Below the pieces are notes generated by a model that worked only from the letters and a program-made list of their open reading frames with translations, was not told where the DNA came from and made no database searches. A program made the position numbers and the translations under genes. A DNA stretch of 64,000 nt from Shigella virus Moo19, in the sequence record MZ358387, one strand, 5' to 3'. The stretch's first letter is position 1, and each line of letters starts with the position of its first letter. Below are positions 1 through 8,306 of this stretch, piece by piece.

Positions 1-129
1 CTGGAGAATGCTTTCTCAGATTTCAGCAATGTTATGCGTAATCGTGACCAGAAAGCTGACTTAACTCCGGCTGACAAAGACTTCCAGGCAATCCTCAATG
101 ACCTGAAGAAACCAGGCAAACTTCATTAA
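1..129 (+). CDS. 3' end of an upstream gene (partial, last 42 codons); possibly RNA polymerase II small subunit by position
   Basis: Open frame 1 from the window edge to TAA at 127-129; sits directly upstream of the RNAP II catalytic-subunit gene. Function inferred from synteny only. Confidence 0.3.
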   Translation: MENAFSDFSNVMRNRDQKADLTPADKDFQAILNDLKKPGKLH

Positions 130-178
130 TTAACCCATATGCGTGTTCCATACAGGAACCAGATGCAGGAGTAATAAA

Positions 179-1396
179 ATGCAAACTTTTACCGCTAAAC
201 AGTACCTGGCTATCGATATCGCTAACAACTTTGGTCTGGATAAGAAGACCTGGGATGAGCGTTTGGCCTGGTTCGATGAGAACAAAGACAACCTCATGAA
301 CCAGTTAGAAGCAGCAGAGGAACCTGCTCTGTATTATGCAGGCGTTAAAGCCTATGAAGACATGCTGGCTGGTAAGCCTATTGGTTATACCATTGCACTG
401 GATGCTACTGCATCTGGTCTGCAATTACTGGCATGTCTGACTGGTGACCGTAAGGCTGCTCAGTTGTGTAACGTAGTGAACTACTATGGTAGCGAAGGCA
501 AGGCTCGTCGTAGCGATGCCTACACCGTTATCTACCGTACCATGCTGGAAGCCGTAGGTCAGTCTTCTCGTGTTAAACGTGATGACTGTAAGCAGGCTGT
601 AATGACTGCATTCTATGGCTCAGAAGCTAAGCCTAAAGAAGTGTTCGGTGAAGGTATTCTGTTGAAGACCTTTGAACACGTAATGGGTATCGAAGCACCT
701 GGCCCGTGGGAACTGAACAAGTTCTATCTGCAATGTGGTAACCCGGATGCAACCTCATATTTATGGGTTCTGCCGGATAACTTCCATTGTCAGATTAAGG
801 TAATGGTTGACGAAGTACAGACCATTAACTTTATGAACAAGCCATATGACATCATTCGCAAAGTACAGGGTACTGAAGAGAAGACTCGTATGCTCTCTGC
901 TAATACCACTCACTCAATTGATGGAATGGTAGTGCGTGAGATGCTGCGTCGTTGTAACTATGATGCTGACCTGATTACCTATGTAAAACAGCTTTGCTAT
1001 GGCGTACAGGAATCAAATGTATTCCTGCCAGAAAACGCTGAAATGGTGCATGAGTTATGGAACCACTATGAACGTAGTGGTTTCCTGTCCATGCGTATCT
1101 GCGATTATCTGGATGCAGGCTCCATCGCTCTGGTTGACCGTCAGGTCATCCTTGAGATGCTGGAGACTCTGCCTAAGAAGCCATTCAAAGTACTGACTGT
1201 ACATGACTGCTTCCGTTGCCATCCTAATTATGGCAATGACCTGCGTCGTCAATACAATCAGATTCTGTCTGACATTGCTAAATCCAACCTGCTGTCATTC
1301 ATTCTGTCTCAGGTACTGGGACAAGAGTTCACTGCTGGTAAGCTGGACAATGACATGTGGAAAGATGTCTTAGACGCTGAGTACGCATTAAGCTAA
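179..1396 (+). CDS. T7-like single-subunit RNA polymerase, catalytic subunit (N4 RNAP II large-subunit-like)
   Basis: AGGAG at 167-171 then ATG at 179. Palm motifs of T7-type RNAP are present: motif A 'IALDATASGLQ', motif B 'KQAVMTAFYGS', motif C 'VHDCFRC'. About 405 aa. Confidence 0.8.
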   Translation: MQTFTAKQYLAIDIANNFGLDKKTWDERLAWFDENKDNLMNQLEAAEEPALYYAGVKAYEDMLAGKPIGYTIALDATASGLQLLACLTGDRKAAQLCNVVNYYGSEGKARRSDAYTVIYRTMLEAVGQSSRVKRDDCKQAVMTAFYGSEAKPKEVFGEGILLKTFEHVMGIEAPGPWELNKFYLQCGNPDATSYLWVLPDNFHCQIKVMVDEVQTINFMNKPYDIIRKVQGTEEKTRMLSANTTHSIDGMVVREMLRRCNYDADLITYVKQLCYGVQESNVFLPENAEMVHELWNHYERSGFLSMRICDYLDAGSIALVDRQVILEMLETLPKKPFKVLTVHDCFRCHPNYGNDLRRQYNQILSDIAKSNLLSFILSQVLGQEFTAGKLDNDMWKDVLDAEYALS

Positions 1397-1400
1397 TATG

Positions 1401-1436
1401 AGCCTCATACCTTCGGGTATGGGGCTTATTTTTTTC
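1401..1436 (+). terminator. rho-independent terminator after the RNAP II gene
   Basis: 11-bp stem agcctcatacc/ggtatggggct (one mismatch), loop ttcg, then TATTTTTTT. Confidence 0.7.
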
Positions 1437-1453
1437 GAATTGAGGACACAACT

Positions 1454-2275
1454 ATGCCTGAGTTAAAAGTTGCTTTTAACAAAGACACCTATGTAGCTAC
1501 CGTACTGGATGCCAGTGGTAGCGTTCCGAGTGGTTCTGTGAACGTAGGTACTTTCTTCCATCCTGATGAGACTTACCCTGATAGTTATGTTATCTATCAT
1601 GGTGTTCGTGAACTCCTGTATAAGCGTTCTGAAGTTGACCCGGCACAACCAGGCTTCTGGCCTGAGAACATTACCAACATGCAAGCTGTTACCATCGATA
1701 ACAAGGCTACTGCACGTCTGGTACTGAATACCTCCCTACCTCGTGTAGTATCTACCATCGAAGGTGGTAAGGTTACTCTGTCTGTTGTTGCTCTGGGTGG
1801 TAAGGCTCCTCTTAAATACAAGTGGGAGTTCCGTGCACCTAATGCTTCAACCTGGACTGCTGTATCTGGGCAGACTACTGCTAATCTGGTTCTGGATAAT
1901 ATCGATGCTGATAAAGCAGGTGAGTATAAAGTCACCGTTACCGATGCTGCCGGAACCAGTGTAGATAGTACTGCTCTGGTAGCTGTGGGTGCTTATCCAC
2001 CACCAGCACTGACGGGCATTAAGGCTACGCCTACTTCCCTGTCTCTGTCTGTAGCTACTGACGCTGCTGGTAAAACTGTAGCTCTGTCTGCTATCCCGAC
2101 TGATGCTGAACTGGGTACATTGTCTATTAAGACTGCTCCAGATTCTGCTCGTGCTACTGCTACTATTTCTGGTTCTACTCTGACTGTTAAACCAGTGGCT
2201 GCTGGTGCTGCAACTTCTGTTGTAGTAACCAACGGTAAAGTTGATGTGACTATCACTATCAACGTTGCAGCATAA
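1454..2275 (+). CDS. Ig-like domain protein, putative capsid decoration protein (N4 gp17-like by position)
   Basis: ATG 1454 after GAGGA. Ser/Thr/Val-rich beta-type sequence with Ig-like signature ('KYKWEF...GEYKVTVTDAAGTSV'). Follows the RNAP II gene as gp17 does in N4 (from memory). Confidence 0.45.
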   Translation: MPELKVAFNKDTYVATVLDASGSVPSGSVNVGTFFHPDETYPDSYVIYHGVRELLYKRSEVDPAQPGFWPENITNMQAVTIDNKATARLVLNTSLPRVVSTIEGGKVTLSVVALGGKAPLKYKWEFRAPNASTWTAVSGQTTANLVLDNIDADKAGEYKVTVTDAAGTSVDSTALVAVGAYPPPALTGIKATPTSLSLSVATDAAGKTVALSAIPTDAELGTLSIKTAPDSARATATISGSTLTVKPVAAGAATSVVVTNGKVDVTITINVAA

Positions 2276-2296
2276 GCTGATAGTTTTGTTTGGCTA

Positions 2297-2325
2297 AAGC
2301 CCTCCTTGTGAGGGCTTTCTTGTAT
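2297..2325 (+). terminator. terminator-like hairpin (weak U-tract)
   Basis: Stem aagccctc/gagggctt, loop cttgt, followed by 'tcttgtatc'. Confidence 0.35.
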
Positions 2326-2341
2326 CTATAGGAGAGTAAAA

Positions 2342-2656
2342 GTGACTAACAAATTACGTGTATGGCATATCCCGCAAGTGCCAATGAAAGCATTCTTTGT
2401 AGAATGCGATAGCATTCAGGAAGCTGTTAAAATTCGTAGTGCACTGGCAGATTACGACTTGTTCCAGTATGAGAACAATGTCAAAGGTGATTACTGTAAC
2501 GCCAGCGGTATTCATATCTGGGATGAAACTCTGTCTGACCAAGACCTCATCGATATGGAACTAGACGACCGTTGGGTTGACTGGTTCTATGAAGATGAAA
2601 ATGAATACTTCGATGACCCAGAAGAATATCTGGAATGGCTTGCTACGCAATCCTGA
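2342..2656 (+). CDS. small highly acidic protein (hypothetical; DNA-mimic candidate)
   Basis: GTG 2342 preceded by GGAG at 2331-2334. C-terminal half is dense in D/E and aromatic residues ('DMELDDRWVDWFYEDENEYFDDPEEYLEW'). Confidence 0.45.
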   Translation: MTNKLRVWHIPQVPMKAFFVECDSIQEAVKIRSALADYDLFQYENNVKGDYCNASGIHIWDETLSDQDLIDMELDDRWVDWFYEDENEYFDDPEEYLEWLATQS

Positions 2657-2703
2657 TTGCTTTTTTGGGTTGAGCAAACCCGTAACATTCCTTTGATATC
2701 CTT

Positions 2704-2731
2704 GACCTCCCTAAATGGGAGGTCTTTTTTT
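2704..2731 (+). terminator. rho-independent terminator
   Basis: Stem gacctccc/gggaggtc, loop taaat, then TTTTTTT. Confidence 0.75.
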
Positions 2732-2758
2732 GGTTGTTATCTACTTTGGAAAATAAAT

Positions 2759-2959
2759 ATGAAATTTTCTGATTTACTCTGGGCAATTCTATTCCTGTTA
2801 CTTACTGCCTTTATTTATGGGGTAGTACTGCCTAATGCAGTATCTGCTTCAGATAGTATAAGTGTAGTAATTGGATTGATTGTTTCTATTATGTGGCCTG
2901 TTATAGCAGGTCGTGTTGTTTACCTTATCGTTAAGAAACGGAAGAAGAAACATGCGTAA
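2759..2959 (+). CDS. small membrane protein with two predicted TM helices
   Basis: ATG 2759 downstream of terminator 2704-2731. Two hydrophobic helices ('LLWAILFLLLTAFIYGVVL', 'VVIGLIVSIMWPVIAG') and a basic tail. Overlaps the next gene by 8 nt. Confidence 0.45.
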   Translation: MKFSDLLWAILFLLLTAFIYGVVLPNAVSASDSISVVIGLIVSIMWPVIAGRVVYLIVKKRKKKHA

Positions 2960-3788
2960 ATTTATTATAGGTTGTTTACTGGCAATAGTTGCAATGGCTA
3001 GTCTTACTGGTTGTTATCAACGAGTAGAGCCAGGTAATGTAGGTATTATCGTTAACCGTTTGGGTGACGATAAGGGCGTTGACCAACAAGTAAAAGGCGT
3101 AGGCCGTTACTGGATTGGTTGGAATGAAGACCTGTATACGTTCCCGACATTCAAACAGATGAAAACCTACGACGATAAGTTTTACTTCCAACTGTCGGAC
3201 GGTACTCAAATTGGCCATCAACTGGCTATCAGCTATAAGGTCAACCCGACCAAAGTAGCGACCATCTTCCAGACCTACCGTAAAGGTGTCGATGAAATCA
3301 CTGACCAGGATTTACGTCAGCGTATTGCCGATATCCTGAACCGTCAGGGTAACCTGATTAACACTGACAAGTTCATTGACGGTGGTAAGTCACGTTTGCT
3401 GGATAGTGTAGCTGATGCAGTTAAAAAAGAGATGGAGCCAGTCGGTATCGACATTATGGCTATCTCCTGGGTAGGTGCACCGGAATACCCGGACAACGTG
3501 AAGCGTGCAATTAACGCGAAAGTTGAAGCTACCCAGAAAACCCTGCAACGTGAGCAAGAAGTGCAACAGCGTATCGCTGAAGCAAATATGGCTCGTGAGC
3601 AAGCCAAAGGTGAAGCTGATGCCGTAGTACTGAAAGCAAAAGCAGAAGCTGATGCTATTAAGCTGCGTGGTGATGCACTTCGTGAAAACCCTGGTGTAAT
3701 GGAACTGGAAGCAATCAACAAGTGGAATGGTGTATTACCAACCACAATGATTCCAGGTGCAGCCACACCATTTGTGCCTGTTAAATAA
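2952..3788 (+). CDS. SPFH/band-7 (HflC/prohibitin-like) domain lipoprotein
   Basis: ATG 2952. Signal peptide with canonical lipobox 'MRKFIIGCLLAIVAMASLTGC'. SPFH-type core followed by an Ala/Glu/Lys-rich coiled coil ('QREQEVQQRIAEANMAREQAKGEADAVVLKAKAEADAIKLRGDA'). Confidence 0.65.
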   Translation: MRKFIIGCLLAIVAMASLTGCYQRVEPGNVGIIVNRLGDDKGVDQQVKGVGRYWIGWNEDLYTFPTFKQMKTYDDKFYFQLSDGTQIGHQLAISYKVNPTKVATIFQTYRKGVDEITDQDLRQRIADILNRQGNLINTDKFIDGGKSRLLDSVADAVKKEMEPVGIDIMAISWVGAPEYPDNVKRAINAKVEATQKTLQREQEVQQRIAEANMAREQAKGEADAVVLKAKAEADAIKLRGDALRENPGVMELEAINKWNGVLPTTMIPGAATPFVPVK

Positions 3789-3794
3789 CAATAA

Positions 3795-3821
3795 AACCCC
3801 CAGACATTGCTGGGGGTTTTT
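3795..3821 (+). terminator. rho-independent terminator
   Basis: 9-bp GC-rich stem 'aacccccag'/'ctgggggtt' with loop 'acattg', followed by TTTTT. Confidence 0.75.
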
Positions 3822-3837
3822 ACGTCTGGAAAGTGTA

Positions 3838-4188
3838 ATGGAAAAGAACCGCAGGAAGACACTCATTGAGCGTCTGCTTGCCCGTATCAAGATAATGGAT
3901 ATGGGCTATACCGTTAATGGTCAGCCAAGCCTATGCCACATCTGGACTGGTTCCCACTCTGGGAATGGTCGAGGTGGTCAATATGGCAGGATTTCCGTGA
4001 ATGGAGTTACCTCTGCTACACATATTGTGGCCTATACCCACTATCACGGTTACATCCCTTGCAAAATGCAGGTAGACCATCTCTGTAATAACCGTCTGTG
4101 CTGTAACCCGGAACATCTCGAACTGGTGACTCACCAAGAGAACCAGAGAAGAAGAGCTGCACGCCAAACTAAAGGTAAAAAGAAATGA
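3838..4188 (+). CDS. HNH homing endonuclease
   Basis: Start placed at ATG 3838 because the upstream in-frame ATG lies across the terminator. Motif 'HIWTGSHSGNGRGGQYGRISVNG...VDHLCNNRLCCNPEHLELVTHQEN'. Confidence 0.7.
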   Translation: MEKNRRKTLIERLLARIKIMDMGYTVNGQPSLCHIWTGSHSGNGRGGQYGRISVNGVTSATHIVAYTHYHGYIPCKMQVDHLCNNRLCCNPEHLELVTHQENQRRRAARQTKGKKK

Positions 4189-4355
4189 TGAACTATTTAG
4201 GTGGTATTACTCTTGGTTGGCTTATTACCGCATTAGTTTTTGTATATCTGCCAGATGAGCATATTGCTAAAGCAAAAGCCATGAAAGAAACTTGCGAACA
4301 AAAACTTTCTCGTGAGCAGCAATGTGTAATGCAATTCGTACCGGAGAAAAAATGA
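4185..4355 (+). CDS. small membrane protein (56 aa), not in the ORF track
   Basis: ATGATG at 4185 overlaps the HNH stop codon (ATGA). One TM helix 'GGITLGWLITALVFVYL'. Ends TGA 4353-4355. Confidence 0.3.
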   Translation: MMNYLGGITLGWLITALVFVYLPDEHIAKAKAMKETCEQKLSREQQCVMQFVPEKK

Positions 4356-4549
4356 CCTTAACTCGTACTCAACAGTCTACCCTGCGAATGATTGCAGGTG
4401 GTTTAACTCGTGTTGCACCGAATAACAAAACAGCCCTTGCTTTGAAAAAAGCAGGGCTGATTACATTCAATCCACCTTTCGGGTGGGTATGTACTAAAGC
4501 TGGTCTTGAAAAGAACCAGGAACTGATAGGTATGCGTAAGCCTACCTGA
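4352..4549 (+). CDS. hypothetical protein
   Basis: ATG 4352 preceded by GGAG at 4343-4346; the ATG at 4322 in the ORF track has no RBS. Confidence 0.35.
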   Translation: MTLTRTQQSTLRMIAGGLTRVAPNNKTALALKKAGLITFNPPFGWVCTKAGLEKNQELIGMRKPT

Positions 4550-4577
4550 TAATTAATTCCCTAACAGGAGATGCAAA

Positions 4578-4922
4578 ATGAGTGACCGTACTCCCTCAAC
4601 TGATGCCCTGGAAACTCTCGGCATGATTCACTTCAAACCGGAACATCGTGACGCTATTCACTTAGCTGTTGAACCAGTTAAAGCAGGATTGCCACTGTCA
4701 CCCGGTGAACGCATTGGTATCGTGGATGGCTTTGCTTATCCGGCTGGTTATAAACTGGTACTGGAAAACAAAGCATTGGTAGTCCCTTACCACGGAATTG
4801 TTGACCCATTCCTGCCTAAAGGTGTTATTACACCAGGCAAATCCTTCTGGTTCGTAATGGCTCCACGTATGGTTACATCTCTACGTCATGTCTGGTCACA
4901 CCCGGAGTTCCCTGATGAGTGA
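4578..4922 (+). CDS. hypothetical protein
   Basis: Strong RBS AGGAG 4566-4570 with 7-nt spacer to ATG 4578. Confidence 0.5.
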   Translation: MSDRTPSTDALETLGMIHFKPEHRDAIHLAVEPVKAGLPLSPGERIGIVDGFAYPAGYKLVLENKALVVPYHGIVDPFLPKGVITPGKSFWFVMAPRMVTSLRHVWSHPEFPDE

Positions 4923-5274
4923 ACCATTAGATATTAATGATACCGGGCTGTGTGAAGCACTGCTCATCATGGGCGACGAAAAAGCCGTAGCCTGGGCATG
5001 GATTCGAGGTTATACCAAGAATCTGCTACAACAAATCGAAGAGTATCTCGGTGACACAGACTATAAATATCAGTCCAATGTCATTGAAGATGAATACGAC
5101 TTAATGGAACTCGCTGACGGTCACCAAAATGGTAACTGGGGCGATTACATGATTGTCGGTGGACTCTTTGAAGGTGAAAGAATTGACCCAACTTTTTGGA
5201 ACAAATATGCCCTCGTCCGTGGTATTCCTCGTGAAGAAATTTCAGAAAGTAATCTCTTCTCTTGCTCCTGTTAA
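4915..5274 (+). CDS. hypothetical protein
   Basis: ATG 4915 preceded by GGAG 4904-4907; overlaps the upstream stop by 8 nt. Acidic. Confidence 0.45.
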   Translation: MSEPLDINDTGLCEALLIMGDEKAVAWAWIRGYTKNLLQQIEEYLGDTDYKYQSNVIEDEYDLMELADGHQNGNWGDYMIVGGLFEGERIDPTFWNKYALVRGIPREEISESNLFSCSC

Positions 5275-5285
5275 GGAATGAAATA

Positions 5286-6341
5286 ATGTCAAACATCGAT
5301 TCACTTGTCGTGTGTAACTCAAGACAAGCTCGTAAATTTATCATCCGTGCATTGCAGGCAGGTAACGTACCGTTCCTGACCTCCTCACCCGGTATGGGTA
5401 AATCTGCAATGATTCATAGCATTGCAGAAGAATTTGGCATGAAGCTGATTGACCATCGTCTGTCTACTTCTGCCCCAGAAGACCTGTCTGGTCTGCCACG
5501 TTTCCGTCCAGATGGACGTGCAGAGTTTGCACCGTTTGCAGACCTGTTCCCACTGGAGGGTGACGAAGTACCCGAAGGTTATAACGGCTGGCTCCTATTC
5601 CTTGATGAGTTCAACTCAGCCAAGAAAGAAGTTGTTGCTGCTGCATACAAACTGATTCTCGACCGTATGACTGGTCAGAAGAAGCTGCATCCTCAAGTGA
5701 TGATTGTATGTGCTGGTAACAAACAAACTGACCGTGCAATCGTTAACCCAATGGGTACTGCAATGCAGTCTCGTGTTGTGCATCTGGAAATGGAAATCAA
5801 CTTCGACATCTTTGTCGAAGACGTAATGATTCCTCAGAAATGGGATGAGCGTTTAGTTGCATTCCTCCATGCTAATACGTCGTATCTGCATGACTTCGAC
5901 CCGGCACACAAGAACAAAACGTTCTGCTGTCCTCGTACCTGGGACTTCGTTAACGAAGACCTAAAGAACCAGCCTCCTGGTGCTCTGCCTGATGAAGATT
6001 CTATCTTCTATGCTGGTCACGTCACTGCTGGTAAGGCAACTGAGTTCGTTCAGTTTACTCAGGTATATAACCAACTGGTCACTATTGAGCAAGTGGTTAA
6101 AGACCCTAAAGAGGCACGTTTACCGAAAGATAACAACCTCTGCTGGGCAACTGTTACCTATCTGGCTAATAAGACCACGGTAGATAACTTCCCGGATGTA
6201 GTTGAGTATATCCAGCGTCTGGATAAGATGACTCACCGCATCCTGTACTTCCGTACTGTGCATAAAATCGTACCAGATGTTACTGGCCTCCCTGAATGGC
6301 GTAAAGCTGGTGCAGAACTGTCTCGCTACCTACACGGATAA
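5286..6341 (+). CDS. MoxR-like AAA+ ATPase
   Basis: ATG 5286 after AGGA. Walker A 'SSPGMGKSA'; MoxR-type Walker B/sensor 'LLFLDEFNSA'. Confidence 0.65.
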   Translation: MSNIDSLVVCNSRQARKFIIRALQAGNVPFLTSSPGMGKSAMIHSIAEEFGMKLIDHRLSTSAPEDLSGLPRFRPDGRAEFAPFADLFPLEGDEVPEGYNGWLLFLDEFNSAKKEVVAAAYKLILDRMTGQKKLHPQVMIVCAGNKQTDRAIVNPMGTAMQSRVVHLEMEINFDIFVEDVMIPQKWDERLVAFLHANTSYLHDFDPAHKNKTFCCPRTWDFVNEDLKNQPPGALPDEDSIFYAGHVTAGKATEFVQFTQVYNQLVTIEQVVKDPKEARLPKDNNLCWATVTYLANKTTVDNFPDVVEYIQRLDKMTHRILYFRTVHKIVPDVTGLPEWRKAGAELSRYLHG

Positions 6342-6344
6342 AAC

Positions 6345-7517
6345 ATGAACCAGATACCTCAGCACACTTTGACCGACGAGCAACTCATGCGAGAGTATGA
6401 CCGTACTCAGGCTCAGGCTTTTCTGGGCAAGAGTGCTGCGTTCTTTGGCTCACTACTGTGTAGTCTTAAATTCTCCTGGCAACGGGAGAATTGCGATACC
6501 GCTCAGACCGATGGTACTGAGCTTCAGTTTAACCCTGACTTCTTTGTCTGGTTAAAGCCTGAAACAAGAAAGACCGTGCTTATGCACGAGCTTTGGCATG
6601 TAGGTTATCTGCATGGTGTCCGTCAGGGTTCTCGTGACCCAGAGTTCTGGAACTATGCCTGTGACATCTACATTAACAACCAGTTAGAAGACGACGGCTA
6701 CTCCTTCGAGGGAGTAGAGAACTGCTGGAAAGACCCAAAATATAAAGGTTGGGTCGAAGAGGATATTTACGATGACCTTATGAAGAATCCCCACAAGAAG
6801 CCGAAGGCATTGGGGGCATTTGGAACAGGGTCTGGTGGAGATATGGTTAGCCCCACTTCGGGTTCATCTCCTGCAACTATCGTCAACAACGTAGTACGTG
6901 CACTGCAACAACAAAAACTGGCTGGTGGCACACTAGCTGGTACTGGTGCAGGCCGTATGCAAGAGGTGATTACCCAATTCCTCAAGCCAGTAGTTCCGTG
7001 GCAGCAAGTCCTGTTCGACTTCTTCACTGACATTGATGACACCAAGTACACCTGGGCAAGACCTAATCGTCGTTACCCGGATATGTACCTGCCATCTCTG
7101 GAAGATGATGAAGGTCGCTTACGACATCTGGCCTATTTCGAGGATGTCTCTGGTTCCATTAGCAATGCTGACTCTCTGCGTTTTAACTCAGAAGTGGCCT
7201 ATGTTAAGAGCCAGTTTAATCCGAAGAAAATGACCCTACTCACTTTCGATACTGTTATTCAGGACGAAATCGATATCACCGAAGAGGATACCTTTGAGGA
7301 GATTAAGATTACAGGCCGTGGAGGTACTTGCCTCAAGCCTGTTCGTGAGTGGATTATCAAGAACAAGCCAACTGCTGCTATCATCTTCTCTGATATGCAC
7401 GTTGCACCTATGGAAGAACTCCCGTTTGATATACCTATCATCTGGGTTTGTTTGGGAAACCGACATGCCACCGTGCCTTTCGGTGAAATCTTACATATTG
7501 ACCCAGGAATGAAATAA
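6345..7517 (+). CDS. VWA-like protein with N-terminal HExxH metallopeptidase-like motif (DUF2201-like partner of MoxR ATPases)
   Basis: Starts 4 nt after the ATPase gene. 'LMHELWHVGYLH' motif near the N-terminus; C-terminal half resembles a VWA/MIDAS-type domain ('YFEDVSGSIS'). Confidence 0.5.
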   Translation: MNQIPQHTLTDEQLMREYDRTQAQAFLGKSAAFFGSLLCSLKFSWQRENCDTAQTDGTELQFNPDFFVWLKPETRKTVLMHELWHVGYLHGVRQGSRDPEFWNYACDIYINNQLEDDGYSFEGVENCWKDPKYKGWVEEDIYDDLMKNPHKKPKALGAFGTGSGGDMVSPTSGSSPATIVNNVVRALQQQKLAGGTLAGTGAGRMQEVITQFLKPVVPWQQVLFDFFTDIDDTKYTWARPNRRYPDMYLPSLEDDEGRLRHLAYFEDVSGSISNADSLRFNSEVAYVKSQFNPKKMTLLTFDTVIQDEIDITEEDTFEEIKITGRGGTCLKPVREWIIKNKPTAAIIFSDMHVAPMEELPFDIPIIWVCLGNRHATVPFGEILHIDPGMK

Positions 7518-8023
7518 TGGTTTTAAACGGAAATGCTCTGTATCGTTCGTCTCAACTGCTGGATGTCCCAGACCGTAAGGTATCCGAGCATGGTGTAAGC
7601 TATGGATTGGGTGAAGCTGGTTATGATATTCGTATCAAACAAGACATCACCTTCTATCGCTTATTTGGGTTGATTCCAATGGTGAAAACTGTCGATGGTG
7701 AGACGGTAACTCGTCGCTTCGGTAAGTTCGCATTGGCTTCAGCAATTGAGAAGTTCAATATGTCTCCGTCCTGTGTAGCTATCGTTCACGATAAGTCTAC
7801 CTGGGCAAGACGTGCATTATCAGTGTTCAATACCGTGATTGAACCAGGATGGAAAGGGTATCTTACTCTCGAACTGGTCTATCATGGTCGTAAGAAACTG
7901 CATATCCCGGCTGGTGCTGGGATTGCACAAGTGCTGTTCCATCTGGTTCAAGAACCTGCCCATTACAATGGGAAGTATCAGAACCAGGAAAACCAACCTG
8001 TCGCTGCAAGAAGCAGCAAATAA
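7517..8023 (+). CDS. dCTP deaminase/dUTPase-fold protein
   Basis: TAATG overlap with the upstream gene. Motif 'VFNTVIEPGWKGYLTLELVYHG' matches the dCTP deaminase/dUTPase beta-barrel signature. Confidence 0.55.
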   Translation: MVLNGNALYRSSQLLDVPDRKVSEHGVSYGLGEAGYDIRIKQDITFYRLFGLIPMVKTVDGETVTRRFGKFALASAIEKFNMSPSCVAIVHDKSTWARRALSVFNTVIEPGWKGYLTLELVYHGRKKLHIPAGAGIAQVLFHLVQEPAHYNGKYQNQENQPVAARSSK

Positions 8024-8032
8024 GGAATTACC

Positions 8033-8230
8033 ATGTCTGTATTTACTACTAAAGTTGGCGGTGTAAAAGTTACTGTTGTTGCTGCAAATGTTGCATTTGT
8101 ACGCGATATCGAAGGTAAAGGTGAACTGAACTTCGTATCCGGTCTGCAACTGCAAACTGAAGTCGGTTATGACTCTGTACGTCGTAACGTAGCTAAAGCA
8201 CTGTCAGGGGCTGAAGCAGAAGCTGAATAA
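8033..8230 (+). CDS. hypothetical small protein
   Basis: AGGA then ATG 8033; 65 aa. Confidence 0.45.
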   Translation: MSVFTTKVGGVKVTVVAANVAFVRDIEGKGELNFVSGLQLQTEVGYDSVRRNVAKALSGAEAEAE

Positions 8231-8251
8231 GTAGCAAGTGCTTACCTTAAT

Positions 8252-8270
8252 AGCCCTGCAATGCAGGGCT
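8252..8270 (+). other. perfect hairpin (terminator-like, weak U-tract)
   Basis: 'agccctgca a tgcagggct' inverted repeat right after the 8033..8230 gene, followed by 'atttg'. Confidence 0.3.
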
Positions 8271-8272
8271 AT

Positions 8273-8288
8273 TTGTGGAAGTTCCTTC
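8273..8288 (+). promoter_or_regulatory. 16-nt repeated motif TTGTGGAAGTTCCTTC, copy 1 (candidate promoter/operator)
   Basis: Exact 16-nt match to 8597-8612. Contains the near-palindrome GGAAGTTCC. Lies 8 nt upstream of the SD (8296-8300) of the Imm-like gene. Confidence 0.35.
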
Positions 8289-8306
8289 AATAACTCAGGA
8301 GTCTTA

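Noticed and set aside
143-178. Longer N-terminal extension of the RNAP II gene from GTG 143
   Set aside because: The ATG at 179 has a well-spaced AGGAG; the extension has no RBS.
3757-3837. Upstream ATG 3757 as the HNH endonuclease start
   Set aside because: That extension reads through the terminator hairpin at 3795-3821 and overlaps the SPFH gene; the ATG at 3838 is downstream of the terminator.
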